NCBI GenBank assembly: GCA_900316935.1
Contig: ONEW01000008.1
Span: 1,216 to 65,215 of the forward strand
From: an uncultured Selenomonadales bacterium
GTDB taxonomy: Bacteria; Bacillota; Negativicutes; Acidaminococcales; Acidaminococcaceae
DNA length: 64,000 nt
Direction of reading: 5' to 3'
Part shown: one piece after another, positions 1 to 8,974 of the stretch
How the letters are laid out: the number at the start of each line of letters is the position of its first letter
Numbering within the stretch: the first letter of the stretch is position 1
Notes under the pieces: generated by a model
Database searches by the model: none
What the model was told of the DNA's origin: nothing
What the model saw: the letters and a program-made list of their open reading frames with translations, nothing else
Position numbers and translations under genes: made by a program

Positions 1-155
1 AACTTGATTTTCTTTCGCTTTTCTCAATGTTCACTTCTCATTATAATGGAACCAGGAAATTTGGCAATGCCCGTTTCCCTTTACTATCTCCCTATTTTAT
101 TGTTTTGTTTTGCATTCTTTTTCATCCCCTTTTCAAATCCGATTGGAGGCCCGTC

Positions 156-1538
156 ATGTCCCTGTCCCGTTCCTGCCGCTGCGCCTTCCTGCAGAAGCTG
201 CCGCAGGCCCTGGCTCCCTTCCTGCATTACGACCGGGCCATCGTGTCCGAGATGCTGGCGATTGCCGTGCCCCTGATTTTCAGCAACATCCTGCAGCAGT
301 TCTACAACACCGTGGACGCCTTCGTCCTCGGCCATTACGCCGACCAGGAAAACTTTGCCGCCATCGGCATCGCGTCGGCGGTCATGAACCTGTTCCTCTT
401 TGCCATCATCGGGTCGTGCACCGGCATTTCGGTCCTCTTCGCACAGCTTTACGGCCGCAAAGATTTCCGCCGTTTCCGCAACGGGCATTTCCAGGCCTTC
501 GCACTGGGTCTCGGCGCCACAGCGATCCTGTCTGCCGTGGCCATCGCCGTCCTGCCGTCCCTGTTGCATGCCGTCCAGGTCCCGGACAGCCTTTTCGCCT
601 ATGTCCACCGGTACCTGTTCTTCATCTTCCTCGGCATGCCGGCCTCCTTCCTGTACAACCTCTACAGCGCCGTGCTCCGCTCCGTGGACCGCACCCGGGC
701 AATCCTCCTCATCCTGTCCGTTTCCGTCGCGGTCAACCTGGCCCTCGACATCTGGTTCATCCGCGACCTGCACCTGGGCGTGACCGGCGCCGCCGTTGCT
801 ACCGTCATATCCCAGTGCCTGTCGGCCCTGCTCAGTTTCCTCTACCTCCGTAAGATGTCCCCTGCCCTGCTGTTCCGCAAAAAGGACTGCCGCTTCGACA
901 AGGCGCTCCTGCAGAAGACCGCCCACTTCGCCTGCGTCACCGGGTTCCACCAATCGGGGCTCTACATCGGCAAACTGCTGGTGCAGGCCGTCGTCAACGG
1001 GGCCGGGACGCCCATCATTGCGGCCTACACGGCAACGACGCGTATCGAAGGATTCGCCAACTCCTTCGGGGACAGCGGCGCTGCCGCCACGTCCGTCGTC
1101 ACGGCGCACCAGTACGGCGCCAGGAACCGCGCCAGGGTGGAAGCCTCGTATCGGGCCTCCTTCCTGCTCTTGGGCGTGCTCGGCCTGGTCTGTTCCGTCA
1201 TCATGTACTTTACGGCCGGCCGGACCATCAGCCTCCTCGTCGACCCGGGCTATACGGACGCCTTTACCAACGCCGTCGACTACCTGAAGATTGTTTCCCT
1301 CTATTACGTGTTCTGCTTCACAGGCAACACCTTTGCCGGCTATTTCGACGGCATCGGCCGCGTGAACATCCCTGTCTGCGGTGCCCTGAGCCACATCACG
1401 ATGCGCCTCATCCTGTCGTGGCTCTTCCTCGCCGACGCCGGGCTGGCTGCCGTCGCCCACGCCACAGGCATCGGTTGGATCTGGGTCAACCTGTTCTGGG
1501 GCTGGATTAAACAGAAATATAATAAAAAAGACATGTAA
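156..1538 (+). CDS. MATE family efflux transporter
   Basis: About 12 hydrophobic segments with MATE signatures (NILQQFYNTVDAFVLG, NLALDIWFI, GAAVATVISQ). GGAGG at 145-149 favours ATG 156 over the track's start at 27. Confidence 0.9.
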   Translation: MSLSRSCRCAFLQKLPQALAPFLHYDRAIVSEMLAIAVPLIFSNILQQFYNTVDAFVLGHYADQENFAAIGIASAVMNLFLFAIIGSCTGISVLFAQLYGRKDFRRFRNGHFQAFALGLGATAILSAVAIAVLPSLLHAVQVPDSLFAYVHRYLFFIFLGMPASFLYNLYSAVLRSVDRTRAILLILSVSVAVNLALDIWFIRDLHLGVTGAAVATVISQCLSALLSFLYLRKMSPALLFRKKDCRFDKALLQKTAHFACVTGFHQSGLYIGKLLVQAVVNGAGTPIIAAYTATTRIEGFANSFGDSGAAATSVVTAHQYGARNRARVEASYRASFLLLGVLGLVCSVIMYFTAGRTISLLVDPGYTDAFTNAVDYLKIVSLYYVFCFTGNTFAGYFDGIGRVNIPVCGALSHITMRLILSWLFLADAGLAAVAHATGIGWIWVNLFWGWIKQKYNKKDM

Positions 1539-1590
1539 TTGTCATAGCAAGAGGGTACGATACAGAAGAAGTCTGAAAGGAGTGATTCCA

Positions 1591-2001
1591 TTGTTATCTA
1601 CGAACACCAAACACCATCATTTGTTCCGGGCCATCGGCGCCCTCGTACTTTCTGCCGCCTTCTGTATGCCTGCCCTGACGGCAGGGGCGGCCAATACCAA
1701 TTCCAAACCCACGCCGTCCATGCGCGAGGTGCAGGAGACGCAGCAGAACCGCCAGCCCGGGTACACACCGGGACAGACGGAAAGCCGCGGGCCGTCCACG
1801 CCAAGCCAGGAGAACGTACGCCGGCAGGGAAACCGGAACGAGACCAACCGGCAGCAGCAGCCGCCGCAGGAAATCAACCGGCAGCCTGTACAGCCGACCC
1901 AGGACAAGGGGCAGCAGCAGAATCAGCCCCGCCCTGAGGAGGGGAGTCAACCCCGCCCTGAGAACGGAAACCAGCAGTCCGTTCAACCGACCCGGCGCTA
2001 A
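1591..2001 (+). CDS. Secreted Gln/Pro/Asn-rich low-complexity hypothetical protein
   Basis: AAGGAG RBS at 1577-1582, TTG at 1591 (GTG 1582 is an alternative). Signal-peptide-like N-terminus (AIGALVLSAAFCMPALTAGA-A), QPRPE repeats, followed by a terminator. Confidence 0.65.
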   Translation: MLSTNTKHHHLFRAIGALVLSAAFCMPALTAGAANTNSKPTPSMREVQETQQNRQPGYTPGQTESRGPSTPSQENVRRQGNRNETNRQQQPPQEINRQPVQPTQDKGQQQNQPRPEEGSQPRPENGNQQSVQPTRR

Positions 2002-2017
2002 AAGCTGAATAACACAC

Positions 2018-2053
2018 AAAAGGAAGACCATCATCCGATGGTCTTCCTTTTTT
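2018..2053. terminator. Bidirectional intrinsic terminator
   Basis: AAAAGGAAGACCATC-ATCC-GATGGTCTTCCTTTTTT between convergent genes. Confidence 0.85.
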
Positions 2054-2060
2054 ATGGAAC

Positions 2061-3497
2061 TTATTTCCGTTTTTCTTCGGTCTGGCCGACCTGGAACTTG
2101 AAGTTGTCAATGAGCGGGCGCATGTCCTCGGCGCCTTCGTTCTTGTCTTCCAGGAGCAGGGCCTGGATCACGATGGCGCATTCCAGGCGTTTCTTCTGGA
2201 TTTTGCAGCCGTACTCGTAGGGAATCGTGATGTCGCCGTTGACGAGGTCCGCGTTGGCGTGGCAGCCTCCGCTGCAGAAGAAACGGGCCCAGCATTCGCG
2301 GCATTTGGGCTTCGTCATTACATGCGTGTTGCGGAACTTTTTGACCAGGTCCTGGCGCACGACGCCCGTATCCAGGGTGCCCATCTTATACTGTTCCCGT
2401 CCCACGAACTGATGACACGGATAGATGTCGCCGGACGGCGTGATGGCAAAGTACTCGTGGCCGGCGCCGCAGCCTGCCAGGCGCTTCGCCACGCAGGGGC
2501 CGTTGTCCAGGGCCACATTGAAGTGGAAGAAGTCGAAGGGTTCCCCTTCGCCACGGCGGCGCTTCAGGTATTCCTCCGCCAGTTTGTCGTACTCCTTGTA
2601 GAGTACGGGCAGGTCTTCCTCCGTGAGGACATAGGGTTCCGTGGTGCCCACGACAGGTTCCATGGAGATTTCCCTGCCCACGTCGAGCATCTTCAGCACT
2701 TCGTCCGCGAAATGGGTGCTGTAGTGCGTATAGGTACCGCGCAGATAGTAGTTCCAGCCCTTGCGGCTCTTGATGATCTTCTTGAATCCGCGCACGGCTG
2801 CCTCGTAGGAACCGGTCTGGTTCGGGAAGGGACGCATGTGGTCGTGCATTTCCTTGCCGCCGTCCAGACTCAGGACGACCATGACGCGGTTGTCATTCAG
2901 GAACTGGATGTTCTCGTCGTTCAGGAGCGTACCGTTCGTCGTCAGGGTCAGTTTGATGTCCTTACCCGTTTCCTTTTCGCGCTGGCGGGCGTAGTGGATG
3001 ATGTCCTGCACCACGCCGAAATTGACGAGCGGTTCGCCGCCGAACAGGTCGATTTCCAGGTTGTGGCGCTTTTTGCTGCCCTTGATGGCGAAATCGATGG
3101 CCTTGCGGCCTGTTTCAGAACTCATGAGTTCCCGGTTGCCGCCGAAGTCACCCGTGCCGGCGAAGCAGTATTTGCACCGCAGGTTGCAGTCGTGGGCCAC
3201 ATGGAGGCACAGGGACTTGAGGACCGGTTCCGTCGCAAACGTTTCCGGTACAGGGAATTCCGGGGAAAACAGCAGGCCCTGGCCCTTCAGCTCGTGCAGC
3301 TCGGCCAGGATTTCGCGCAGTTCCCCTTCGTCATAGGCGTCCTTCAGGGCAGCCACGGTCTCGTCGTCATTCGCGCCATCAAAGACGCCCAGCACATCGT
3401 AGACCGGCCTGTCAATCAGATGCACGGCGCCGCTGTTGACGTCGAGGACGGCCATGGTGCCGTTCACTTCCATTCGGTGGATGAGTTTGTTTTCCAT
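2061..3497 (-). CDS. scfB: SCIFF/ranthipeptide radical SAM-SPASM maturase
   Basis: CNLRCKYC radical SAM motif, SPASM cysteines (CGAG...YPCHQF, CRECWARFFCSGGC), N-terminal RRE-like region, adjacent SCIFF precursor. Start set at MENKLIH (3497). Confidence 0.93.
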   Translation of the reverse strand: MENKLIHRMEVNGTMAVLDVNSGAVHLIDRPVYDVLGVFDGANDDETVAALKDAYDEGELREILAELHELKGQGLLFSPEFPVPETFATEPVLKSLCLHVAHDCNLRCKYCFAGTGDFGGNRELMSSETGRKAIDFAIKGSKKRHNLEIDLFGGEPLVNFGVVQDIIHYARQREKETGKDIKLTLTTNGTLLNDENIQFLNDNRVMVVLSLDGGKEMHDHMRPFPNQTGSYEAAVRGFKKIIKSRKGWNYYLRGTYTHYSTHFADEVLKMLDVGREISMEPVVGTTEPYVLTEEDLPVLYKEYDKLAEEYLKRRRGEGEPFDFFHFNVALDNGPCVAKRLAGCGAGHEYFAITPSGDIYPCHQFVGREQYKMGTLDTGVVRQDLVKKFRNTHVMTKPKCRECWARFFCSGGCHANADLVNGDITIPYEYGCKIQKKRLECAIVIQALLLEDKNEGAEDMRPLIDNFKFQVGQTEEKRK

Positions 3498-3562
3498 ACT
3501 TGTTCTATCAGCCTTTCCAGTTTTCCGTTTCCGGCCGGACATCCCGCGACATCCTTACACGA

Positions 3563-3596
3563 AAACAGCTCCCCGCATCAACAGGGAGCTGTTTAA
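3563..3596 (-). terminator. Stem-loop between scfA and scfB (partial terminator or stabiliser)
   Basis: AAACAGCTCCC...GGGAGCTGTTT inverted repeat. Confidence 0.6.
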
Positions 3597-3617
3597 CATG
3601 CCGGTTTGATTTCCTGA

Positions 3618-3758
3618 TTATTTATGTTCGCAAACCTGGTTGCCAACGGTGCAGGAAGTTTTGCAGGCAGACTGGCAGGATGCCGGGCATTCGCCGCAAC
3701 CGCCGGTCTTCAGAGTCTTATTCAGCATGGCTTTGTTTACGGTCTTGATGTGTTTCAT
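3618..3758 (-). CDS. scfA: Six-cysteine ranthipeptide precursor (SCIFF), 46 aa
   Basis: Manual translation: MKHIKTVNKAMLNKTLKTGGCGECPASCQSACKTSCTVGNQVCEHK, six Cys. AAAGGAGG RBS upstream. Too short for the ORF track. Confidence 0.96.
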   Translation of the reverse strand: MKHIKTVNKAMLNKTLKTGGCGECPASCQSACKTSCTVGNQVCEHK

Positions 3759-3848
3759 GAGTTACCCCTCCTTTGGTTGATGACTTACTTCATTTTACCC
3801 TGTTTCCCCCTATTATGCAAGTAAATTTCGGCTTGGCGCCGCCGGGTG

Positions 3849-4769
3849 TCATTTTTTGTGGAACGGCAGTTTCGCTTCGAACCCGCTCCGTTTGTCCAGC
3901 AGGTTCTGGATGGTGTTGACCGGTACGCCGACACTCTCCAGGTAGCCCGCCGTGTAGCATTTGCGGATGGCGTGGACCATGTCGGCCGTTCCGTTCCCCA
4001 GGTCGTACACACCGATACGCCGCAGTTCGAAGGGCGTCTGCTCAAAAGTCTCCTTCGTGTTGGCGCCGATGCGGCCTGAAAAGCCGTATTCGTATTTGGG
4101 GTACTTTTTCACTTCGGCCAGCACGGCGTCGTTGTACGAGCCGTTCGGGAAGGCGATGCCGTGGATGAACCAGTGCAGACCGCCGTTGCGGCGGGAGAAC
4201 ACGTTCAGCGGCTCGTAGATTTCCCAGGGCAGGTAGTGCGGCGCAATCTTGGCCAGAGGATCGTGGCTCATGGTGTGGGACCCGATTTCCATGCCGGCTT
4301 CGTGCATCTCCTTCAGCATGGGCTTGTCCATGTATTCCTTGAAGCCGTCCTGCGTGAAGGATTTGCCGATATCCTTGCCGATGACGTAGAAATTGCCTTT
4401 GAACCCATATTTCTTGAGGATTGGAAAAGCCACGGTGTAATTGTTCTTGTAGCCGTCGTCAAAAGTGAGCATGATCAGGTTGCTGACATCCTCACCGGCC
4501 ATGAGGGCGGCACGGGCTTCCTGCACCGTGACGGCTTTGTAGCCATTGTCCTTCAGCCACTTCATCTGTTCCTCGAAGAGCTGCGGCGTGATGCACATTT
4601 CGGACGGCCAGCCGGGCGGGACTTCGCTGATGCTGTGGTACATGAGGGCAGGTACGGCATGGTGCCGGTAGACGGCCACGTTCTGTTTCACGATGACTGT
4701 GTAGTACACAGCGGTCGCGGCAAAGAGCACCAGAAGTACAGCGGCCAGCTTTTTCAAGAATTTAAGCAT
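3849..4769 (-). CDS. Membrane-anchored polysaccharide deacetylase (NodB/CE4 family)
   Basis: LMYHSI, LTFDDGY, IGSHTMSH and AFPNG motifs; N-terminal TM. The ATG overlaps the whiA stop. Confidence 0.88.
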   Translation of the reverse strand: MLKFLKKLAAVLLVLFAATAVYYTVIVKQNVAVYRHHAVPALMYHSISEVPPGWPSEMCITPQLFEEQMKWLKDNGYKAVTVQEARAALMAGEDVSNLIMLTFDDGYKNNYTVAFPILKKYGFKGNFYVIGKDIGKSFTQDGFKEYMDKPMLKEMHEAGMEIGSHTMSHDPLAKIAPHYLPWEIYEPLNVFSRRNGGLHWFIHGIAFPNGSYNDAVLAEVKKYPKYEYGFSGRIGANTKETFEQTPFELRRIGVYDLGNGTADMVHAIRKCYTAGYLESVGVPVNTIQNLLDKRSGFEAKLPFHKK

Positions 4770-5709
4770 ATTTGGTGATGTCCATTCCTTTACTTTCAGC
4801 AATCTGCTGGATTTTCTTCAACCGGTGGTTGAGGCCCGATTTGCCTATTTTTCCGTCCATATAGTCCGTCAGCTCGTTCAGCGAGGCATTGGGATGGGCC
4901 AGGCGCAAGTCCGCCGCTTCCTTCAGCAGGTCCGGCAGCAGGTCGTAATCCCCGTGCTCCTGCAGGTAGCGGATACAGGCTGTCTGCAGCACGGCGGCGC
5001 GGATGACCTTGTTCAGGTTCGCCGTTTCACAATTCACCTGGCGGTTGACGTTGTTGCGCATATCCTTTATAATACGCACATTTTCGAATTCCATCAAGGC
5101 CTGATGGGCCCCGATGACGGATAAAAAGTCGATGATGTGGTCCCCGTCTTTCAGGTAGACGATGAAATCGTTCTTGCGGTCCGTCATGCGGGCGTTCAGC
5201 TGGAACCCGTGCATGATTTTCAGGATAAGGCGGGCGAACTCCTGGTTTTCCGTCACGATTTCCAGGTGGTAGTCACTGGACGGGCGGCTGATGGATCCGC
5301 CGGCCATGAAGACACCTCGCAGGAAAGAGCGGCGGCAGCAGCTTTTGCGCAGCAGCACGTCCTTCGGCTCCCCTTCCGCCTCTTCCGACGGCAGGATGCG
5401 CAGTTCCTTCAATGCTTTGGCCACTTCCGGATCAGGCAGGACCTCCACCTGGTACCGGTTGTTCTTTTTTAAGCGCCGGGACCGCGTCACAACGATCTCC
5501 GTGCGCACCTTGTAGTTGCTTTTCAGCATCTGCAGGACGCGCCGTGCCAGGGCCGCATTCTCCGTCGAGAAATGGATGCCCATGTTCATGCCGCGCAGGA
5601 CGATGGCGCCGCTCATGCGCAGCACGCCGAGCAGCTCCGCCTTCTGACAGCAGGGCTTGAGGCCCTCCAGGCGGGCCAGTTCATTTTTTACATCGGATGA
5701 GAAAGACAT
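4762..5709 (-). CDS. whiA: DNA-binding protein WhiA
   Basis: MSFSSDVKNEL, FLRGVFMAGGS, NRQVNCETANLNK, KSGLNHRL; position after rapZ-yvcK. Confidence 0.95.
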   Translation of the reverse strand: MSFSSDVKNELARLEGLKPCCQKAELLGVLRMSGAIVLRGMNMGIHFSTENAALARRVLQMLKSNYKVRTEIVVTRSRRLKKNNRYQVEVLPDPEVAKALKELRILPSEEAEGEPKDVLLRKSCCRRSFLRGVFMAGGSISRPSSDYHLEIVTENQEFARLILKIMHGFQLNARMTDRKNDFIVYLKDGDHIIDFLSVIGAHQALMEFENVRIIKDMRNNVNRQVNCETANLNKVIRAAVLQTACIRYLQEHGDYDLLPDLLKEAADLRLAHPNASLNELTDYMDGKIGKSGLNHRLKKIQQIAESKGMDITKYA

Positions 5710-5760
5710 GCCTTCCCTCCTCCTTGCCAGTAAAAATCCTCCGGCGCCTGCCGGGGCAGG

Positions 5761-7128
5761 TCACGCCTTCTGGTTTTTCTTCATGCGCCGCATGCTGAGG
5801 CGCACGAACAGGTAATCGAAAAACACATAGCCGCGGCCAAAGAGGCGCAGACGGTAAATCAGGGAGATGATGACCATGGCCAGTTTCTGCGGATCGTGGC
5901 GGACCATGTCCTCCTTGCTGATAAGCCGCGTCGGAATCGGCTTGATACCCAGACTTTCAATCTTTTCGATATCGGGCGTCACATATGCCTGCCCCTTGGC
6001 GCGATACATCTTCTTCTGTTCTTCCGAAATCTCCTGGTCGTTGACGATGACATAGTCCAGGAACTGGCTGCCCACGTGGTCGATAAGGGCCTTGACGTGT
6101 TCGTAGGCGCCGTACCCGTCGGTCTCGCCAGGTTGCGTCATGACATTGCAGACGTAAATCTTGAAGGCCCTGCTTTCCTGCACGGCCTGGCGGATGCCCG
6201 GCACAAGCAGGTTCGGCAGGACGCTCGTGTAGAGGCTGCCGGGCCCGAAAATCAGGACATCAGCATCGCGGATGGCTTGCACGGCGCTTTTCGTCGCCGG
6301 CGCGTCGGGCGGCACCATATGCAGGCGGGCGATGTGTTTGCCGGCCTCGGAAATTTCCGATTCCCCCAGCACGGACGTGCCGTCGGTCATGTCGGCCTTG
6401 ATCTGGATGCTTTCCAGGGTCGAGGGAATCACGTGGCCGCGGATCCGCAGAATCTGGGAGGCCGCGTTCAGGCCTTCCTCCATCCCGCCTTCCGTGGCGG
6501 CGATGGCGGCCAGGAACAGGTTGCCCAGGTTGTGCCCCGCCAGGGCGGAGTCCCCCTGGAAGCGGTACTGCAGGACGCGTTCCATCAGGGGTTCGCGGTC
6601 GGCCATGGCGACCAGGCAGTTGCGCAGGTCTCCGGGCGGGATGATGCCCAGTTCCTGGCGCAGGCGGCCCGAAGAACCGCCGTCATCAGCCACGGTCACG
6701 ACGGCCGTGCAGTTGCCCGTGATGTATTTCATGCCGCGCAGCAGGGTGGACAGGCCCGTACCGCCGCCCACGACGGTGACGGCCGGCCCGTTGCTCAGCT
6801 TCCGCTGCGTGAAGATGGTCTCCATGAGGGACCCGTTGTTTTCGGGCATGACGGAATCAATGACGGAGTGCACGATGCGCCGCGTCGCGTAGAACATGAT
6901 GATGAGTCCCGCCGCGATTCCGACGATGCCGGCCAGGATCATGAGGCCGTTGTTGTAGCGGCCCGTGGTCATGTAGCTCATGCGGAAGAGCATTTCTTCC
7001 ACAAAGCCCATGGTCTGGTCGTTGAATAACAATGCCAGGGAGAAGGCGCAGCACAGCACGCCGCCGGAAAACAGCAGCAACCAGCGCTTCAGGTTCATGC
7101 CCGGGCAAAGCCAGCTAATCCAATTCAT
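5761..7128 (-). CDS. yvcK: YvcK/GlmR-family gluconeogenesis/uridine diphosphate-GlcNAc-binding protein with N-terminal TM extension
   Basis: VGGGTGLS, VTVADDGGSSGRLR, PPGDLRNC, GPGSLYTS. Confidence 0.93.
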   Translation of the reverse strand: MNWISWLCPGMNLKRWLLLFSGGVLCCAFSLALLFNDQTMGFVEEMLFRMSYMTTGRYNNGLMILAGIVGIAAGLIIMFYATRRIVHSVIDSVMPENNGSLMETIFTQRKLSNGPAVTVVGGGTGLSTLLRGMKYITGNCTAVVTVADDGGSSGRLRQELGIIPPGDLRNCLVAMADREPLMERVLQYRFQGDSALAGHNLGNLFLAAIAATEGGMEEGLNAASQILRIRGHVIPSTLESIQIKADMTDGTSVLGESEISEAGKHIARLHMVPPDAPATKSAVQAIRDADVLIFGPGSLYTSVLPNLLVPGIRQAVQESRAFKIYVCNVMTQPGETDGYGAYEHVKALIDHVGSQFLDYVIVNDQEISEEQKKMYRAKGQAYVTPDIEKIESLGIKPIPTRLISKEDMVRHDPQKLAMVIISLIYRLRLFGRGYVFFDYLFVRLSMRRMKKNQKA

Positions 7129-7146
7129 ACAAACCTCGTAAAGCCG

Positions 7147-8010
7147 TCAGGCCTTCTTATTCAGATCGCGGTGGTTCAGTTCCACATGGTATGATTTCAA
7201 CCGCAGGTAATCGTAAATCTTGTTGGCGATGAAGACGGACCGGTGCTGCCCGCCCGTGCAGCCGACGCTGATCACGAGCTGGCTCTTCCCTTCCGACTCG
7301 TATTGCGGAATGAGGAAGTCGAGCATCTCGCACTCCCGCTTCAGAAACTCGAACGTCTGGGGGAACTTGCTCAAATAGTCCGCCACAAGCGTGTCATTGC
7401 CCGTCAGGTGCTTCATGGAATCCTCGTAGAAGGGATTCGGCAGGAACCGCACGTCGAGCACGATGTCACTGTCCAGGGGCAGGCCGTGCTTGAAGCCGAA
7501 GGACTGGACCACGATGAGCAGATGCCCTGCCGCCTCTTCACCGCCATACATGCTGCGGATCTTCGTCTTCAGGTCCGCCACGGACATGGTCGATGTATCA
7601 AAGACCTGGTTCGCCAACTCCCGCACGGGCATCAGCGATCTGCGCTCCAGCGCCACACTGGCGGCCAGGCTGTTGTGGCCCTGTTCCAGCGGATGGCGCC
7701 GCCGGGTCTCCTTATAGCGGCGGATCAGCGTCGCGTCGCCGGCATCCATATAGACGACCTCGTACGGAAAGCCGTTGGCCTTCATCTCTTCCAGTATATC
7801 CACGAACTGGTCCGCTGAACCGCCGCGCACGTCGACCACCATGGCCGCGTCGCGGTTCGGCGTCTGCCGGCACAGTTCGGCAAATTTCGGCAGCAGCACG
7901 ATGGGCAGGTTGTCCACGCAGAAATAATTCAGATCCTCGAGCGTGCGCAGTACCTGGGTCTTGCCGGCACCGCTCATGCCTGTCACAATTAAAAACCGTC
8001 CTTGTTCCAT
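7147..8010 (-). CDS. rapZ: RNase adapter RapZ/YvcJ P-loop protein
   Basis: GMSGAGKT, SFGFKHGLP, DVRFLPNP, GCTGGQHRSV. GGAGGAG RBS supports ATG 8010. Confidence 0.95.
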   Translation of the reverse strand: MEQGRFLIVTGMSGAGKTQVLRTLEDLNYFCVDNLPIVLLPKFAELCRQTPNRDAAMVVDVRGGSADQFVDILEEMKANGFPYEVVYMDAGDATLIRRYKETRRRHPLEQGHNSLAASVALERRSLMPVRELANQVFDTSTMSVADLKTKIRSMYGGEEAAGHLLIVVQSFGFKHGLPLDSDIVLDVRFLPNPFYEDSMKHLTGNDTLVADYLSKFPQTFEFLKRECEMLDFLIPQYESEGKSQLVISVGCTGGQHRSVFIANKIYDYLRLKSYHVELNHRDLNKKA

Positions 8011-8149
8011 AGGCTCCTCCCCGGAATCTCCCCCGCCGGCAGTGCATCTCCCGCTCTGCAAGATGTACAGTCCGTCAGTCGCAAAGTTTTCTATAATTTA
8101 AAATTATACCATACCTGTCCGAAGAATGAAATACCCGGCTCCGTTGCAA

Positions 8150-8167
8150 TGTGACAGGATTGTGACA
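8150..8167 (-). promoter_or_regulatory. Direct repeat TGTCACA-N4-TGTCACA (OmpR/PhoB-type box) upstream of the rapZ promoter
   Basis: Exact 7-mer repeat with 11-bp period. TATAAT -10 (minus strand) at 8103-8108. Confidence 0.45.
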
Positions 8168-8268
8168 TCTGCCACGGGTTCCCTGCTTCCTGTTCCGGAC
8201 AATGCATCATCCCCCCACAGGGAAGATGCCCGGATTGTTCCGCAGAAGGCATAAGGAACCCTCTTTTG

Positions 8269-8319
8269 GTTAACCTTTTTATATTTTTGGTTGACGTAAC
8301 TGTTTGCACCCTCTATAAT
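8269..8319 (+). promoter_or_regulatory. BirA operator overlapping the sigma-A promoter of bioX
   Basis: GTTAAC-N15-GTTGAC at 8269-8295. TTGACG(8291)-N17-TATAAT(8314). Confidence 0.8.
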
Positions 8320-8376
8320 GGAATCATCCGGAGTCCCCAGCAACCCGATACCCCCTACAGAAAGGAGCCCTGTCCC

Positions 8377-8904
8377 ATGCAAACGCGGTCCACTGCCAAA
8401 GCGTTATGCCAAATCGGCCTGCTGGCCGTCCTCATTACGGTCAGCGCCATGTTCAAGCTGCCGAGCATCCTGCCCGGCATGGAATTCCAGATTTCCGCGC
8501 CCATCGCCGTCGCCATCTGCGGCGTCTTCGGCATCAGGACCTATATCCTGGCGGGCCTTGTTTCCAGCGCCGTCGGCCTGCTGCTGGGCACGCAGAACAT
8601 CCTGAACGTCGGTATCTCCCTGCTGTTCCGCATCGCGGTGGCAGCGGTCTTCTTCTTTTCCGGGCCGAACCGGTTCTTTTACCTCTTCTCCGGCCCGATC
8701 GGCACCTTCTTCGCCCGCATCGCTTTGAGCGCCGTCGTCGGAAAGGCAGCGTGGGGCCTTGTGGCTGCCGCTGTGCCGGGCATGGTCTTCACCCTGCTCA
8801 CGGCCGGATTCTGCGGCAAGGTCCTGGGCCTGGCCCGCAAGGCGGTCCTCGAGCGGGAGAACGCCTCCGTGCGGCATCCCCTGCAGGAAAACAACGTGCG
8901 TTAA
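8377..8904 (+). CDS. bioX: BioX-like membrane protein (ECF S-component-like)
   Basis: Hydrophobic 175-aa protein with FKLPSILPGMEFQISAPIAVAI, recalled as similar to Lysinibacillus sphaericus BioX. BirA site upstream; AAAGGAG RBS. Confidence 0.72.
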   Translation: MQTRSTAKALCQIGLLAVLITVSAMFKLPSILPGMEFQISAPIAVAICGVFGIRTYILAGLVSSAVGLLLGTQNILNVGISLLFRIAVAAVFFFSGPNRFFYLFSGPIGTFFARIALSAVVGKAAWGLVAAAVPGMVFTLLTAGFCGKVLGLARKAVLERENASVRHPLQENNVR

Positions 8905-8923
8905 GAAAGGGTCCACAGACAGC

Positions 8924-8957
8924 AAAAAGGGAATCCCCTCGCCGGGGTTCCCTTTTT
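8924..8957. terminator. Bidirectional terminator between bioX and bioF
   Basis: AAAAAGGGAATCCCC-TCGCC-GGGGTTCCCTTTTT. Confidence 0.85.
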
Positions 8958-8974
8958 CTATGCCTTGTGCAGAT

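Noticed and set aside
84-1460. Long antisense ORFs (e.g. 84-1460, 2259-3596, 10011-11477, 19822-21618, 57186-59012)
   Set aside because: Shadow frames of well-supported genes, expected in GC-rich DNA; no motifs or RBS.
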